64,000 nt of DNA, from positions 210,417 to 274,416 of the forward strand of contig CAXXWX010000003.1 of NCBI GenBank assembly GCA_963675745.2, given 5' to 3'. This stretch comes from Phycisphaerae bacterium (GTDB lineage Bacteria > Planctomycetota > Phycisphaerae > UBA1845 > Fen-1342). Position numbers and translations under genes: made by a program. The notes beneath the pieces are model-generated. The model made no database searches. It had not been told where the DNA came from and was given only the letters and a program-made list of their open reading frames with translations. This document shows positions 1 to 9,491 of this stretch, piece by piece. The first letter of the stretch is position 1. Each line of letters starts with the position of its first letter.

Positions 1-1
1 A

Positions 2-484
2 CCCGAGACCGTTTTTGTGCAGGTCCTCGATTGGCCCGCCCGCAAAATGATCGTCAAGCGCGCCACGAAGGCGACGCACTACTTTGAGTATTGCGAAGAG
101 CTGGGCTGCGACGTCTACGACCAACTTGCGGCCATCCCGGATACGCTCCAGGAGCCGATGGGCATGTGGCTACCCGAGGGTCTCCGGTCACCCGGGACGT
201 CGCAGTATGTCCAGGGCGTCGAGGTCGCCGCCGACTATGACGGCGACGTGCCCGACGGCTTCAACGTCACCACGCTGCCCCCCTGCAAGATGATGATCTT
301 TCAGGGCCCGCCGTACGACGACAAGGACTTCGAGAGTGCCATCGCGTCACTCTGGGACGTGATGAACACCTACCAGCCGGAAACCTACGGCTTCAAATGG
401 GCTGATGATGACGGACCCCGTTTCCAACTTCGGCCGGAAGGCTACCGCGGCTACATCGAGGGCCGCCCCGTCCGGCCGGTATAG
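2..484 (+). CDS. C-terminal part of a GyrI-like/effector-binding domain protein (probably an AraC-family regulator), truncated by the window edge
   Basis: Frame is open from base 2 (PETVFVQVLDWPARK...). Contains YFEYCEE.GCD, YVQGVEV, LPPCKMMIFQG and RFQL.PEG.RGYIE, typical of effector-binding C-termini. Confidence 0.6.
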   Translation, partial: PETVFVQVLDWPARKMIVKRATKATHYFEYCEELGCDVYDQLAAIPDTLQEPMGMWLPEGLRSPGTSQYVQGVEVAADYDGDVPDGFNVTTLPPCKMMIFQGPPYDDKDFESAIASLWDVMNTYQPETYGFKWADDDGPRFQLRPEGYRGYIEGRPVRPV

Positions 485-671
485 ACCGGCACGCCGCAAT
501 GCCCGCCCGGCCCGCGACATCGACAACTACATCATGCCGCTGATCAATGCGATCACCGAGACGGAGTGCGTCTGGCACGATGATGAGCAGGTTGATCCCC
601 TCCTGATCGGGCGACAGCACGACAGCAATGCAGACGCGACCGCGATTGAGTTGGAGATCGATGTGATATGA
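485..671 (+). pseudogene. rusA: Remnant of a RusA-like Holliday junction resolvase (C-terminal half)
   Basis: RDIDNYIMPLINAIT...WHDDEQVDPLLIGR resembles the RusA D-x-DN-x-x-K-x3-DAL...DD-x-Q-V motif, with K->M and D->N changes. No N-terminal half is present. Confidence 0.45.
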
Positions 672-761
672 CGGAAACACGCCATCGCCGAGCCCCCCCG
701 GCGGCTGTTTGGCTTTACGGGATGCGGTCCGCGCCACGCACAGCGTACGCTACAATGCCGG

Positions 762-2480
762 GTGACCCGGAGTAACTTCTTGCGATACGGAGCAATCCTC
801 CCGAGGCGACTCATGCGTTCGTTCAGTTCTTGTCCAGTGAAGCAGAACCTCGCGGTCGGTTTGCTATGCGCCCTTGGCAACCTGCAGGCCGAGGCGACGG
901 GGCCTGCTTACGAGACCGATTACCAGCTCGCGCAATATCCACTGATCGTCGTCGCGAAGTGGAACAAGGCAGAGCTGACGCCGCACGAGCTCGTTCGAGG
1001 AAACGTCCTTGAGAAGTTCGAAGTCTTCACCGACCTTGAAGTGGAACGCGTGATCAAGGGCGATCTGAAGCCCGGCCGGCACAGGATCATGCAGGGCTGG
1101 GGGATAGGCTGGCTGGAGGATGGAACCGGGCTGGCAACCTGGACGTCCACACATATTCTGGGGGACGTGGACGACGTCACCAAGCCCAATCTGTGGTTTC
1201 TCGACCGACAGCGGAGCTGGGACGCCAGCGACCGCACAGAATACCTGCACGTTCCACACTACCGCGCGATTCAGCCGCTCGTGCTTGAGCCCTACTTTCG
1301 CGCGGTTGCGAGTGAGGATGGTGATCAGAAAGTGCCACCCCTTCTCTCCTCGCGCGAGCAGTTGATCGTGCGCCGCGCCCTCGGTTACATCTGCGGTTAC
1401 ATCCTGCCGTGGCCGTATGAGCCACCAGCGTGGGACCTCTGCGAGCACCCCAAGAAGCGTGAGCGGCTACTTGTCGATGCCGCTCCTAATGTGGAGGGCG
1501 TGATTGCCGGTGGCCTCGAGGAGGTGCGTCCGCTGGCAGTCGCCGTGTACGCAGAACTGACGCAGAGCGATGGCCGCACACGACTGCGCAGACTGCTGAC
1601 CGACCAGAATCCGACCGTGCGCGGCGTTGCGCTCGGATTGCTCGCCCGGGAAAAGGACGCTTCACAGCTCGACGCGATGATCAACGCGGCCGCAGGAGTG
1701 CGCGATGCGGAAATCGCATGCAAGATCGCGGATGTCCTTCAGGCCTGGGCGGAACCTCGAACCGCGCCGATTCTGATCGACTTTCTCGATAATGACGAAT
1801 TCGCGTACCGCCACGGCGACGACGTCGGGATTCCGGCAATCAAGGCCCGCACGACCTTGCACAAACTGACGGGCTGTTGGTTTCCGTACGATTCTGCCGC
1901 AGCCTCGGAAGCGTGGTCCACAACTGAGCGTATCGGCGAACCCGAGCAGCGCCAACGGCACTTGGCGGAGTTGTTGCCTGATCCAGAACTCCCCGTGCTT
2001 GCGGAGCTGGTTGGCAAGCCGCGCACGCCCCCAATCGCTACGACACAAAGCAGTCTACCCGCACTGGCGCGCGCTATATCCGCCGGTATCACTGCGGGTC
2101 TGTTTGGGCACGAAGAAGGAGACGTCCTGGCCACGGTGCGGGTCCGTAATGTCGCCGGTCATCCGGTAACCATCGCCAGGATTCCCTCCAGCATCGAGCA
2201 GGATTGGCCGGCCGGTAGCTCCTCGCGACGGCTGCGGCCGCGCTGCGGCGAAATAACGCAGGCCGATTGTCTCACCCTCGATCCGAACGAAGGACTGGAT
2301 CTGGAGATTATGCTCGACGGCAGCTTCCTGCTTGCAAAACCAGAGACCCGCAAGCTCACGCTCATGTACACCGAATTCGGACCAGCCCGGGGGCCGGGCA
2401 GATGGATTGGAGCACTGCCGGTTCGGTTCGGTGCACTGTGGAACGAGGAGCGGAAGCTCGGGCGCGTCGAGGAACGCTAG
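762..2480 (+). CDS. Hypothetical exported protein with HEAT/ARM-like repeats; C-terminus possibly truncated by a nonsense codon
   Basis: 572-aa ORF with hydrophobic N-terminal segment and HEAT-like units (LRRLLTDQNPTVRGVALGLLA; APILIDFLDND). The TAG falls within VEER*PNGNL. Start uncertain. Confidence 0.55.
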   Translation: MTRSNFLRYGAILPRRLMRSFSSCPVKQNLAVGLLCALGNLQAEATGPAYETDYQLAQYPLIVVAKWNKAELTPHELVRGNVLEKFEVFTDLEVERVIKGDLKPGRHRIMQGWGIGWLEDGTGLATWTSTHILGDVDDVTKPNLWFLDRQRSWDASDRTEYLHVPHYRAIQPLVLEPYFRAVASEDGDQKVPPLLSSREQLIVRRALGYICGYILPWPYEPPAWDLCEHPKKRERLLVDAAPNVEGVIAGGLEEVRPLAVAVYAELTQSDGRTRLRRLLTDQNPTVRGVALGLLAREKDASQLDAMINAAAGVRDAEIACKIADVLQAWAEPRTAPILIDFLDNDEFAYRHGDDVGIPAIKARTTLHKLTGCWFPYDSAAASEAWSTTERIGEPEQRQRHLAELLPDPELPVLAELVGKPRTPPIATTQSSLPALARAISAGITAGLFGHEEGDVLATVRVRNVAGHPVTIARIPSSIEQDWPAGSSSRRLRPRCGEITQADCLTLDPNEGLDLEIMLDGSFLLAKPETRKLTLMYTEFGPARGPGRWIGALPVRFGALWNEERKLGRVEER

Positions 2481-2692
2481 CCGAATGGCAATCTCCACGC
2501 GGCCGGCAAGAAGATGTTCTCGCCACGTACGGACGAGCACGGACGACGGTGCTACCTCGCCGTGCGTTGGTCTACAAACGCCAGCACCTCCGCAGTTGCG
2601 TCGATTTCCACCCGCTGGAACGACCCGTTGCCGCGTGGGAGTCGCATCCACTGATGATCCATGCCCATGCACGGCGTACCGCGAACCGCGGG

Positions 2693-4798
2693 CTAGCCAC
2701 CCGCCAGCAGCGCGACAAACGGATCGACGTCGCCATTGTTGATCGTGCCGTCGTCGTTGATGTCAGCCGCCGCGGCGTCGCAGTCCGGGTACGCCAGAGC
2801 ATATGCATCGGGATCGGTCAACGCCAAGACGAACGGGTCGATGTCGCCGTTGTTCACCGCGCCGTCGCAATTGAGGTCGCCCAACTCCTGCGGGTCGCTC
2901 GTGATTGCCTCTCCACCGCCGAGCAGACACACGTCATCGATTTCGATGTCCGAGATCGGGCCATCAACGCCGAGCAACTCGAAGAGCATGCTGACCTGCG
3001 AGAGATCGACCGCGTCAGAGATGTCGGTCATGGGAATCTCGACCACGTGCCACTGTCCGTTACGAACGAAGCCGTACGGGTCGTTCCCGTTTTCGAACTT
3101 GATCCACTTCTGGCCAATATCGTCGACATTGCCGCTGCGCATACCAAGGAAGAACGGGGCCGTCGAACTGGTCTTCATCGCCAGGTGCAGCGTGCTTTCC
3201 GGGTAGCGAAAGGCCGTGAGGTTGTACTTGATCGTGGGTGTGAACGCCGCGCCAAACCAGGTCAGGCCCGGCGTCGAGTAGTACGACAGACTGGCGGAAC
3301 CCTCGAAGGGGGCTTGAACACCCGGCTGTAATGTGTTCTCCCAGATGTAAAACTCCCCGTCCACGCCGAGCGCGTATTCGCCGGCGGTCTTGTGGCTCGG
3401 ATCTTCGGTGAAGATGCCGAAACTCCCATTCTCCGGCGTCGCGCGCGCCACGCTTGGCGACCAATACACATTGTCGATCCCAAACTCGAAGGTGGCCGGC
3501 GGAGCATCGCCCGCGATCATGAACAGTTGATGGACGGTATTGAAATCGACGTTGAGGAACGCGTTCAGCGGGATGACCACTTCGTGCCAGTTACCGTCGC
3601 GCACCAGGCCGAACGACTGTTCGCCATCGATGAACTGTACCCAACTCTCACCCGCGGCCGAACTCTTGATGCCGATCTTGAATGGCGCCGTCGAGCTTGT
3701 CTTCATGTGCAAGTGCAGGTGACCGTCGGAGTAATTCTGCATGTTACGATCGATGTGTGAAAACACGCCCATGCCGAACCAAGCGCCGGCCGCGGCGGTC
3801 ATGTTCCACGCCTCACTACCCTCATACGCATCAACCGGCCCCGCGGTCAGGTTGTTCCATAAATACAGCGACGCATCAACATCGTACGTGACACTATTGT
3901 TGACCGTAGTAGTTTCTGTGAATACACCGAAGTTCTCTATCTCGGCGACATCTTCCCCGAAATACAGCTCCGTATCACCGTTGTCGTACAGACGTATGTA
4001 GTCAACGTACATTCGGCCCGGGAACGGGGCCGTGATCAACGCCGGATCAGTAATCTCGACGAAGTTCCAGCCACCAACCGATACATTGGCGATGATGTAC
4101 ATGGGCGCGTGGAATTCCTCGAGCGAGTGGGTCTCAATATCGCTGATGTCAATCTCCCAGAATTGGGTACCATCGACTGACGTGCGGATGTGCGTCGGTG
4201 TCCACTCCACGGCGAAGATGTGGTAGTCGTCATAGAGATCCACGGGCCAATCGATCGAGCCGCCGAAGTCAGCCTGGCTGCCCTCAAAATCCCAAAACAC
4301 GTGCGCCCCCACACGGCGGTTGACCACACCCGCAAGGAACGCGGCCCGACTGCCCACTTCCATAATGTCGAGCTCGCCGCAGCCCGGCCACGGAATCTGA
4401 CCGACGTTGTTGCCCAAGAGCCAGAAAGCGGGCCACATGCCATTGTCCACGTCGGGCAGCTTTATTCGCGCCTCGAGCGTGCCGTATTTGAACGCCATGC
4501 GCCCATGCGTCACCAGGCGTGAGGAGGTGAACTCCTTGCCACCCAGGAAGTTTTCGCGACGCGCTTCGATCACCAGATTGCCGCTTTCGATATACGCGTT
4601 TTCGGGGCGGGCGGTGTGATATTGCAGTTCACCGTTGCCGAAGCCGCTACCACCAACGTTGTACGTCCAGGTTGAATGGTCGATGTTGGGATCGGTGAAC
4701 TCGTCAGACCACACCAGCGTCTGGGCGCCGGCCAACGGCGAACTCACCAACAGTGCGGCGATCCCCAAGCCACACCACGCTACCTGTTGAACCTTCAT
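2693..4798 (-). CDS. Secreted GH16 (laminarinase-type) glycoside hydrolase with two repeated beta-sandwich/CBM-like modules and a C-terminal dockerin-like domain
   Basis: Signal peptide, LVWSDEF, GNGELQY, WPAFW and catalytic GELDIME. Two repeats of FGxFTE...WxN...WFG...LHLxMKTSSTAPF. Tail GDLNCDGAVNNGDIDPFV...DINDDGTINNGDVDPFVALL. Confidence 0.88.
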   Translation of the reverse strand: MKVQQVAWCGLGIAALLVSSPLAGAQTLVWSDEFTDPNIDHSTWTYNVGGSGFGNGELQYHTARPENAYIESGNLVIEARRENFLGGKEFTSSRLVTHGRMAFKYGTLEARIKLPDVDNGMWPAFWLLGNNVGQIPWPGCGELDIMEVGSRAAFLAGVVNRRVGAHVFWDFEGSQADFGGSIDWPVDLYDDYHIFAVEWTPTHIRTSVDGTQFWEIDISDIETHSLEEFHAPMYIIANVSVGGWNFVEITDPALITAPFPGRMYVDYIRLYDNGDTELYFGEDVAEIENFGVFTETTTVNNSVTYDVDASLYLWNNLTAGPVDAYEGSEAWNMTAAAGAWFGMGVFSHIDRNMQNYSDGHLHLHMKTSSTAPFKIGIKSSAAGESWVQFIDGEQSFGLVRDGNWHEVVIPLNAFLNVDFNTVHQLFMIAGDAPPATFEFGIDNVYWSPSVARATPENGSFGIFTEDPSHKTAGEYALGVDGEFYIWENTLQPGVQAPFEGSASLSYYSTPGLTWFGAAFTPTIKYNLTAFRYPESTLHLAMKTSSTAPFFLGMRSGNVDDIGQKWIKFENGNDPYGFVRNGQWHVVEIPMTDISDAVDLSQVSMLFELLGVDGPISDIEIDDVCLLGGGEAITSDPQELGDLNCDGAVNNGDIDPFVLALTDPDAYALAYPDCDAAAADINDDGTINNGDVDPFVALLAGG

Positions 4799-4923
4799 CT
4801 TTCGCCGTCCTTATGTCGCGTAGTAAGAGACACGTGTGTTGTCGTGGCTATACCACGACACCTATCACATCGTAGTCAAAGCCGGGATTGAACACAACGA
4901 AACCGTAGGCTAACGCCGCCGTC

Positions 4924-4936
4924 CGTAACTGTTACG
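4924..4936. promoter_or_regulatory. Palindromic LacI-type operator candidate CGTAACTGTTACG
   Basis: Perfect 6+1+6 palindrome between the divergent GH16 genes. Related copies at 4980-4992, 6890-6902 and 18988-19000. Confidence 0.6.
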
Positions 4937-4979
4937 TTTTGCATAAAAGAGCCACAAGCGTGACTGGTCCTCTTTGGAG

Positions 4980-4992
4980 TGAAACAGTTACA
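4980..4992. promoter_or_regulatory. Operator candidate TGAAACAGTTACA
   Basis: Second copy of the AACAGTT-core motif in the same divergent intergenic region. Confidence 0.55.
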
Positions 4993-5285
4993 TTCCAGCA
5001 CTGACGCCGGACCATGCCACGTCCCCACTGTCCAGTCCTTGCTCGGAACCGTCCCCTATCGCGGCCTGCCCTGGATCGGCGTAACGACCATGGGCGACCT
5101 GATTCACCAGACGTCGCGCGGTCGGCGAAGAGGCGTGTGGCTGCGCCAGATCACATGTTGCCCGGTGAATGCGGGCGCTCGGCTTCCTCACCCGCCGGAT
5201 CGCCAATGCCCAGCACAGCGGCATCGTGCTACAGCTATCGGGGTTTGGGCTATGCCCCGCAGTTCTGTAAAATGAAGCACGGCTG

Positions 5286-6761
5286 TTGATGAAGCGCCTG
5301 AGGAGCGATCTGATGCGGCGGTACATTCTGCACAGCACGGCGGCAATCCTGGTCAGTATCGCCACGACTACGGGGGCGAGGGCCCAGTGCCAACTCGCCA
5401 ACCCGAGCTTCGAACTGCTCGGACAAGACGGCACCAACTTCGCCGGCTGGGAGCAGTACGGCAACGTCGAAATATCAACAGCTCTCGCTCCCCATGGCCA
5501 GTACTCCGCCAGGCTGTCCGGCAACTTCACCGGCGCCTGGAATCTCTCAGCATACTGGCAACCACTCGACTCAGATCCGGGGGAGCGCTGGCGCGTCGCC
5601 GTGCGCGTCGGCCACAACTCGTCCAACCCGCTGACAGGCGATACGCGGGCCATCCTCAATGTCGAGTGGCGTGACCAGAATGATGACCTGATCGACTACG
5701 AATCCCATGTCATCGCCGACGCATCGACACCACCCGACACGATGCTTCGCATTGAGCTGGAGACCGCCGCCGCACCCGCCGGCACCGTGTCCACGCGCCT
5801 GCTGCTGGGCGTGCTTCAGGGGCCGACAAGTGACCCAGGCGCGGCGTATTACGACCTCGCCGAGTTCAACAGCCTGACCACGCCCACAATCGATGACATT
5901 CAATGGAACGACTTCCCGGGTGGACGCATGCTGACGTTTGCTGACCACGTGTGGCGTGTCAAAGGGCCCGGCTACTACGGCCCCGGCCCCAGCCTGTTCG
6001 CCGACTCCGCCAGCCACATCTGGGTCGACGCGCAGGAGCGCCTGCACATGACCATCAAGCGCGTCAGCGACTCGTGGTACAGCACCGAGATTGCGACGGC
6101 GGAACCGCTTGGATATGGCGACTATATCTTCACCACGGTTGGCCGCCCGGACACGTGGGACGATAACGTCGTGCTCGGGCTGTTCACGTTTCAGTATCCC
6201 GTGTGCTGGGACCCGGCCAACCCGTGGAATCTGCACAACGAGTTTGATATCGAACTCAGCCGCTGGAACTCGCCCGGCAACTCGATGGGCCAGTTCGTCG
6301 CCCAGCCGTGGGACTACCCCGGCAACATGAGCCGCTACAACATGGATTTCAGCGGCGGCGGGCTGACCAGTCATGCCTTCCGCTGGCTGCCAGACCGCAT
6401 CGAGTGCCGAGCCTGGTACGGCGGCCCGACCGACGAGTCAGCGGAGTCGTTGGTTCACAACTGGGCGTACTACGGCCCGCACATTCCGCGCCCCGAGCAG
6501 CCGCGCGTACACATCAACTTCTGGCAGCTCAACGGCCCACCGGCAAGCGGCGCCGACCACGAGGCGATTATCGACACGTTCACTTTCATACCATCCTGCG
6601 ACGACAGCAACAGCGAAGTCCCCTGCTTCGCGTTCTGCCTGAGTGGCCCCGACACAGCAATCCCCACCTCCTGCGCGGCGTTCGATCTTGCCGGCGACAA
6701 CGACACAGACCTCCACGACGCCGCCCTGTTTCAGCGATTCTTCGCGCCGACAAATCCGTAA
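5286..6761 (+). CDS. Secreted GH16-like glycoside hydrolase with N-terminal CBM4/9-like module and C-terminal EF-hand/dockerin-like motif
   Basis: Signal peptide, LANPSFE...GW module and catalytic NEFDIELSRW (E-x-D-x-E). Tail CLSGPD...FDLAGDNDTDLHDAALFQ. Start uncertain (5286/5289/5313). Confidence 0.75.
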   Translation: MMKRLRSDLMRRYILHSTAAILVSIATTTGARAQCQLANPSFELLGQDGTNFAGWEQYGNVEISTALAPHGQYSARLSGNFTGAWNLSAYWQPLDSDPGERWRVAVRVGHNSSNPLTGDTRAILNVEWRDQNDDLIDYESHVIADASTPPDTMLRIELETAAAPAGTVSTRLLLGVLQGPTSDPGAAYYDLAEFNSLTTPTIDDIQWNDFPGGRMLTFADHVWRVKGPGYYGPGPSLFADSASHIWVDAQERLHMTIKRVSDSWYSTEIATAEPLGYGDYIFTTVGRPDTWDDNVVLGLFTFQYPVCWDPANPWNLHNEFDIELSRWNSPGNSMGQFVAQPWDYPGNMSRYNMDFSGGGLTSHAFRWLPDRIECRAWYGGPTDESAESLVHNWAYYGPHIPRPEQPRVHINFWQLNGPPASGADHEAIIDTFTFIPSCDDSNSEVPCFAFCLSGPDTAIPTSCAAFDLAGDNDTDLHDAALFQRFFAPTNP

Positions 6762-6856
6762 CCCGCGCCCATCCCATCTCATGCGGCATATTATAGGACG
6801 TGTGGGCAATATCCGCCCGACGAGCAGAATCTTCCGCAAAAAGTGCTGGAACGAGT

Positions 6857-6902
6857 TTGACGTGTGCCCGATACAATGTTACATTGTTTCGTAATAGTTA
6901 CG
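6857..6902 (+). promoter_or_regulatory. Sigma70-type promoter of LacI gene 1 with adjacent operator candidate
   Basis: TTGACG (6857-6862), 17 nt, TACATT (6880-6885), then CGTAATAGTTACG (6890-6902). Confidence 0.6.
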
Positions 6903-6946
6903 GTAACAGTATATGCACTTGTTACCGTCAGTGAGGAGTTCATTTC

Positions 6947-8062
6947 ATGGCGTCAGTTCGTGATATCGCCGAGCAGGCGGGCGTCTCAATCGCCACAGTA
7001 TCTCGCGCGCTGAACAATGATGCCGGCGTGAGCAGTAGTACGCGAGAACGCGTGCTCTCGATCGCCAATGGCGTTGGTTATGCGGCAACCGTTGGCCGGC
7101 GCGCGGCCAGCCATATTGGATTCGCCTACACCGGTGAGCAGAACTTCACCCATGCCTTTGAGGCCGCCGTACTGGAGGGTGTCGCCAAGGCCCTCGGCAG
7201 CAGCGGCCACAGCATGGTGCTGATGAACCTCAAACGTTCCAGGATGCCGGGTGAAAACTTCACACAGATGTTCATGCGCAACGGGGTGCGCGGCGTGATC
7301 TTGCGCGTGACGGCCGAATCTCGCGATCTGTGTCATGAGATCGCCGCCGAGCGCTTTCCGCATGTAGTTCTTGCGGAGCGATTCGAATCGCCCGACGTCT
7401 GCTGCATTGACTGCGATTCAAAGCCGGACAGCTTGCGAGCGGTCGAACACCTGATCGCACTTGGACACCGACGGATCGCGTTTGCGGTTCATAACGTACC
7501 AGACCGCGACCATCAGGACCGTTTTGAGGGCTATCGCGAGGCGCTGGCGCTGCACGACCTGCCGTTCGAGGCCAACTGGGTGTATCGGCAACCGGCGACG
7601 CTGTCCGGCGGCGCTACGGCGTTCAAGATGATCATGAGCGAGCCGAACCGCCCCACCGCGATCTACTTCGCCGACTGGCTGCCCGCGGTCGGCGCGATCA
7701 AAGCCGCCCATGAGTTGGGCGTACGTGTGCCCGACGGCATTTCGATTGTGGGGTTTGACGATGCGCACATGCGGCACACGGTGCATCCGCCGTTGACAGC
7801 CGTATGTCAGAACGCCATCCAACTGGGCAGCGAGGCAGCGTTGCGGTTATCGCAGATGCTGGCCGGACGTCGTCGCGCGCCGTTCCAGATTACACTGCCG
7901 AGTTTCTTCGAGATCAACGAATCCAGCGGCCCGCCCCCGGCCAGGCCGGAGCGCGTGAACCCCAACGGTCACAGCGCCGCGTACCGGCCGAGCGCGGGCG
8001 ACGTCGCCAGGGACACCACAGATTCAGCGGCTTCCGATGGTGCCGCTCGCCGAGACCCGTGA
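6947..8062 (+). CDS. LacI-family transcriptional regulator
   Basis: HTH SVRDIAEQAGVSIATVSRALN; LGHRRIAF; PTAIY; VPDGISIVGFDD; PPLTAV. SD GAGGAG upstream. Confidence 0.95.
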   Translation: MASVRDIAEQAGVSIATVSRALNNDAGVSSSTRERVLSIANGVGYAATVGRRAASHIGFAYTGEQNFTHAFEAAVLEGVAKALGSSGHSMVLMNLKRSRMPGENFTQMFMRNGVRGVILRVTAESRDLCHEIAAERFPHVVLAERFESPDVCCIDCDSKPDSLRAVEHLIALGHRRIAFAVHNVPDRDHQDRFEGYREALALHDLPFEANWVYRQPATLSGGATAFKMIMSEPNRPTAIYFADWLPAVGAIKAAHELGVRVPDGISIVGFDDAHMRHTVHPPLTAVCQNAIQLGSEAALRLSQMLAGRRRAPFQITLPSFFEINESSGPPPARPERVNPNGHSAAYRPSAGDVARDTTDSAASDGAARRDP

Positions 8063-8078
8063 CACCAGGAGCACAGCC

Positions 8079-9215
8079 ATGTCATCAACCAGACGGATTC
8101 ACGCCATGGCGCGACGGCGTTGCCGATTGCACCGACCGGCGTTCACCTTGATCGAGTTGCTAGTCGTTGTCGCAATCATCGCCTTGCTGATCTCGATTCT
8201 GCTGCCATCACTCGGCCGCGCCCGGGAGCAGGCGCGACTGGTGACCTGTCTTGCGCACATGCGCGGCACCGGGCAACTCGTCATGCTGTTCGCCAATGAC
8301 CACGACGGCCGCATGCAACTGACGTCCACGGAGTTTGCGGTCCAGAACGCCGACGCGTCGCGTTCGAAGTATGCCTACGGCGACAGCGGCGAATTGCTGG
8401 CCTGGCCGGTGGCGCTGGCGCAGGCCAACGGCCTGCCCATTCGCAACAACTGGGACTGGGGCGTGCGCGCCGACAACTACTTCTACGCAAAGGAACGCGA
8501 GAAATTCATCTCGAAACAATTCAAGCTCATGCAATGTCCATCGGACCGGGCGCGTATTGCAACGCCCTTCTTCTCACGCGGTGACGGTCTGCGCGGGGCA
8601 GGTAATCCGGACGACGATCACTCACAGGACAACAGCCCCGGGCCACGCACCGCTTATTGGGGCCTGTTGAGCTTTGCGATCAACGAGGACATCACCGGAG
8701 CTGAGTATTCGAGTCTGAATGCAACCTGGGGTTCCTGCTGGCGCGCGGTGTACAACGATGGTGAGTGGACTGAGTGCATCGGCGAAGAGCGCTATGGCCC
8801 CAGCAGCCCCTGCTTCGGCCGAAACGGCTTTCGCCTGCGCGGCGAGCTGGACAAGATCGAATCATCGGCAAACCTGATGCTGCTCGTCGATGCGGGTCCG
8901 GAAAACGACGCGATACCGACACAGGCGGAGGACGAGTGGACCCACGTGAACCTGATCCACAGCGGCGCGGGAGCCGAAGGTCCGTTTCTCGGCCACTCGC
9001 TGCAGGCCAATGCGTCAGCCACAGGGACGCGCGTACCCATGCGGCGGCACGTGGACGGCAATGTGAACGTGCTGTATGTCGACGGGCACGGCGCCACCGC
9101 CAAGATGGTCGAGACAAGTTCCGAGAACGCCTACAACGTCGAAGTACCGAAAAGATACGCCCCCCGCGTACGTGTGTCGCCATATTCGATGGGCAACATC
9201 AATGTTGACGATTAA
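8079..9215 (+). CDS. Prepilin-type N-terminal cleavage/methylation protein (DUF1559-like, H-X9-DG motif)
   Basis: AFTLIELLVVVAIIALLISILLPSLGRAREQAR..C; CPSD; RHVDGNVNVLYVDGH. AGGAG SD before ATG 8079. Confidence 0.88.
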   Translation: MSSTRRIHAMARRRCRLHRPAFTLIELLVVVAIIALLISILLPSLGRAREQARLVTCLAHMRGTGQLVMLFANDHDGRMQLTSTEFAVQNADASRSKYAYGDSGELLAWPVALAQANGLPIRNNWDWGVRADNYFYAKEREKFISKQFKLMQCPSDRARIATPFFSRGDGLRGAGNPDDDHSQDNSPGPRTAYWGLLSFAINEDITGAEYSSLNATWGSCWRAVYNDGEWTECIGEERYGPSSPCFGRNGFRLRGELDKIESSANLMLLVDAGPENDAIPTQAEDEWTHVNLIHSGAGAEGPFLGHSLQANASATGTRVPMRRHVDGNVNVLYVDGHGATAKMVETSSENAYNVEVPKRYAPRVRVSPYSMGNINVDD

Positions 9216-9491
9216 CCCTGGTGAGGGCGCGATGTTTGCTGGGATGGAGAGTTAAACCCTCGACGCAGGACACTGAATAACGTGACCCCAATCTCGCCAG
9301 AGGTGTGATTCGGCGGCCTGATGGTGGGCACGCGGGTCGCGAAATCAGAAGGAGGAAGGGAGTCTCAGAGAGCTTTCGAGCACCGGAGATGGCGAGCCGC
9401 GCCTTTGGGTTCGCACAACGAGTGAAGCGCCGCCGGGTCGCGCCACAGCGCGGCGGACCTGCGGCCTGGAAAGGGATCAGGAGTGTCTGAC

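Noticed and set aside
2478..2480. Pyrrolysine/amber recoding
   Set aside because: No pyl genes are in the window, and TAG is a normal stop for many genes here (e.g. 484, 39090, 45919).
6799..6825. REP-like GTGTGGGCAATATCCGCCCGAC palindrome before the LacI-1 promoter
   Set aside because: Single short imperfect copy in the window; cannot be supported without genome-wide counts.
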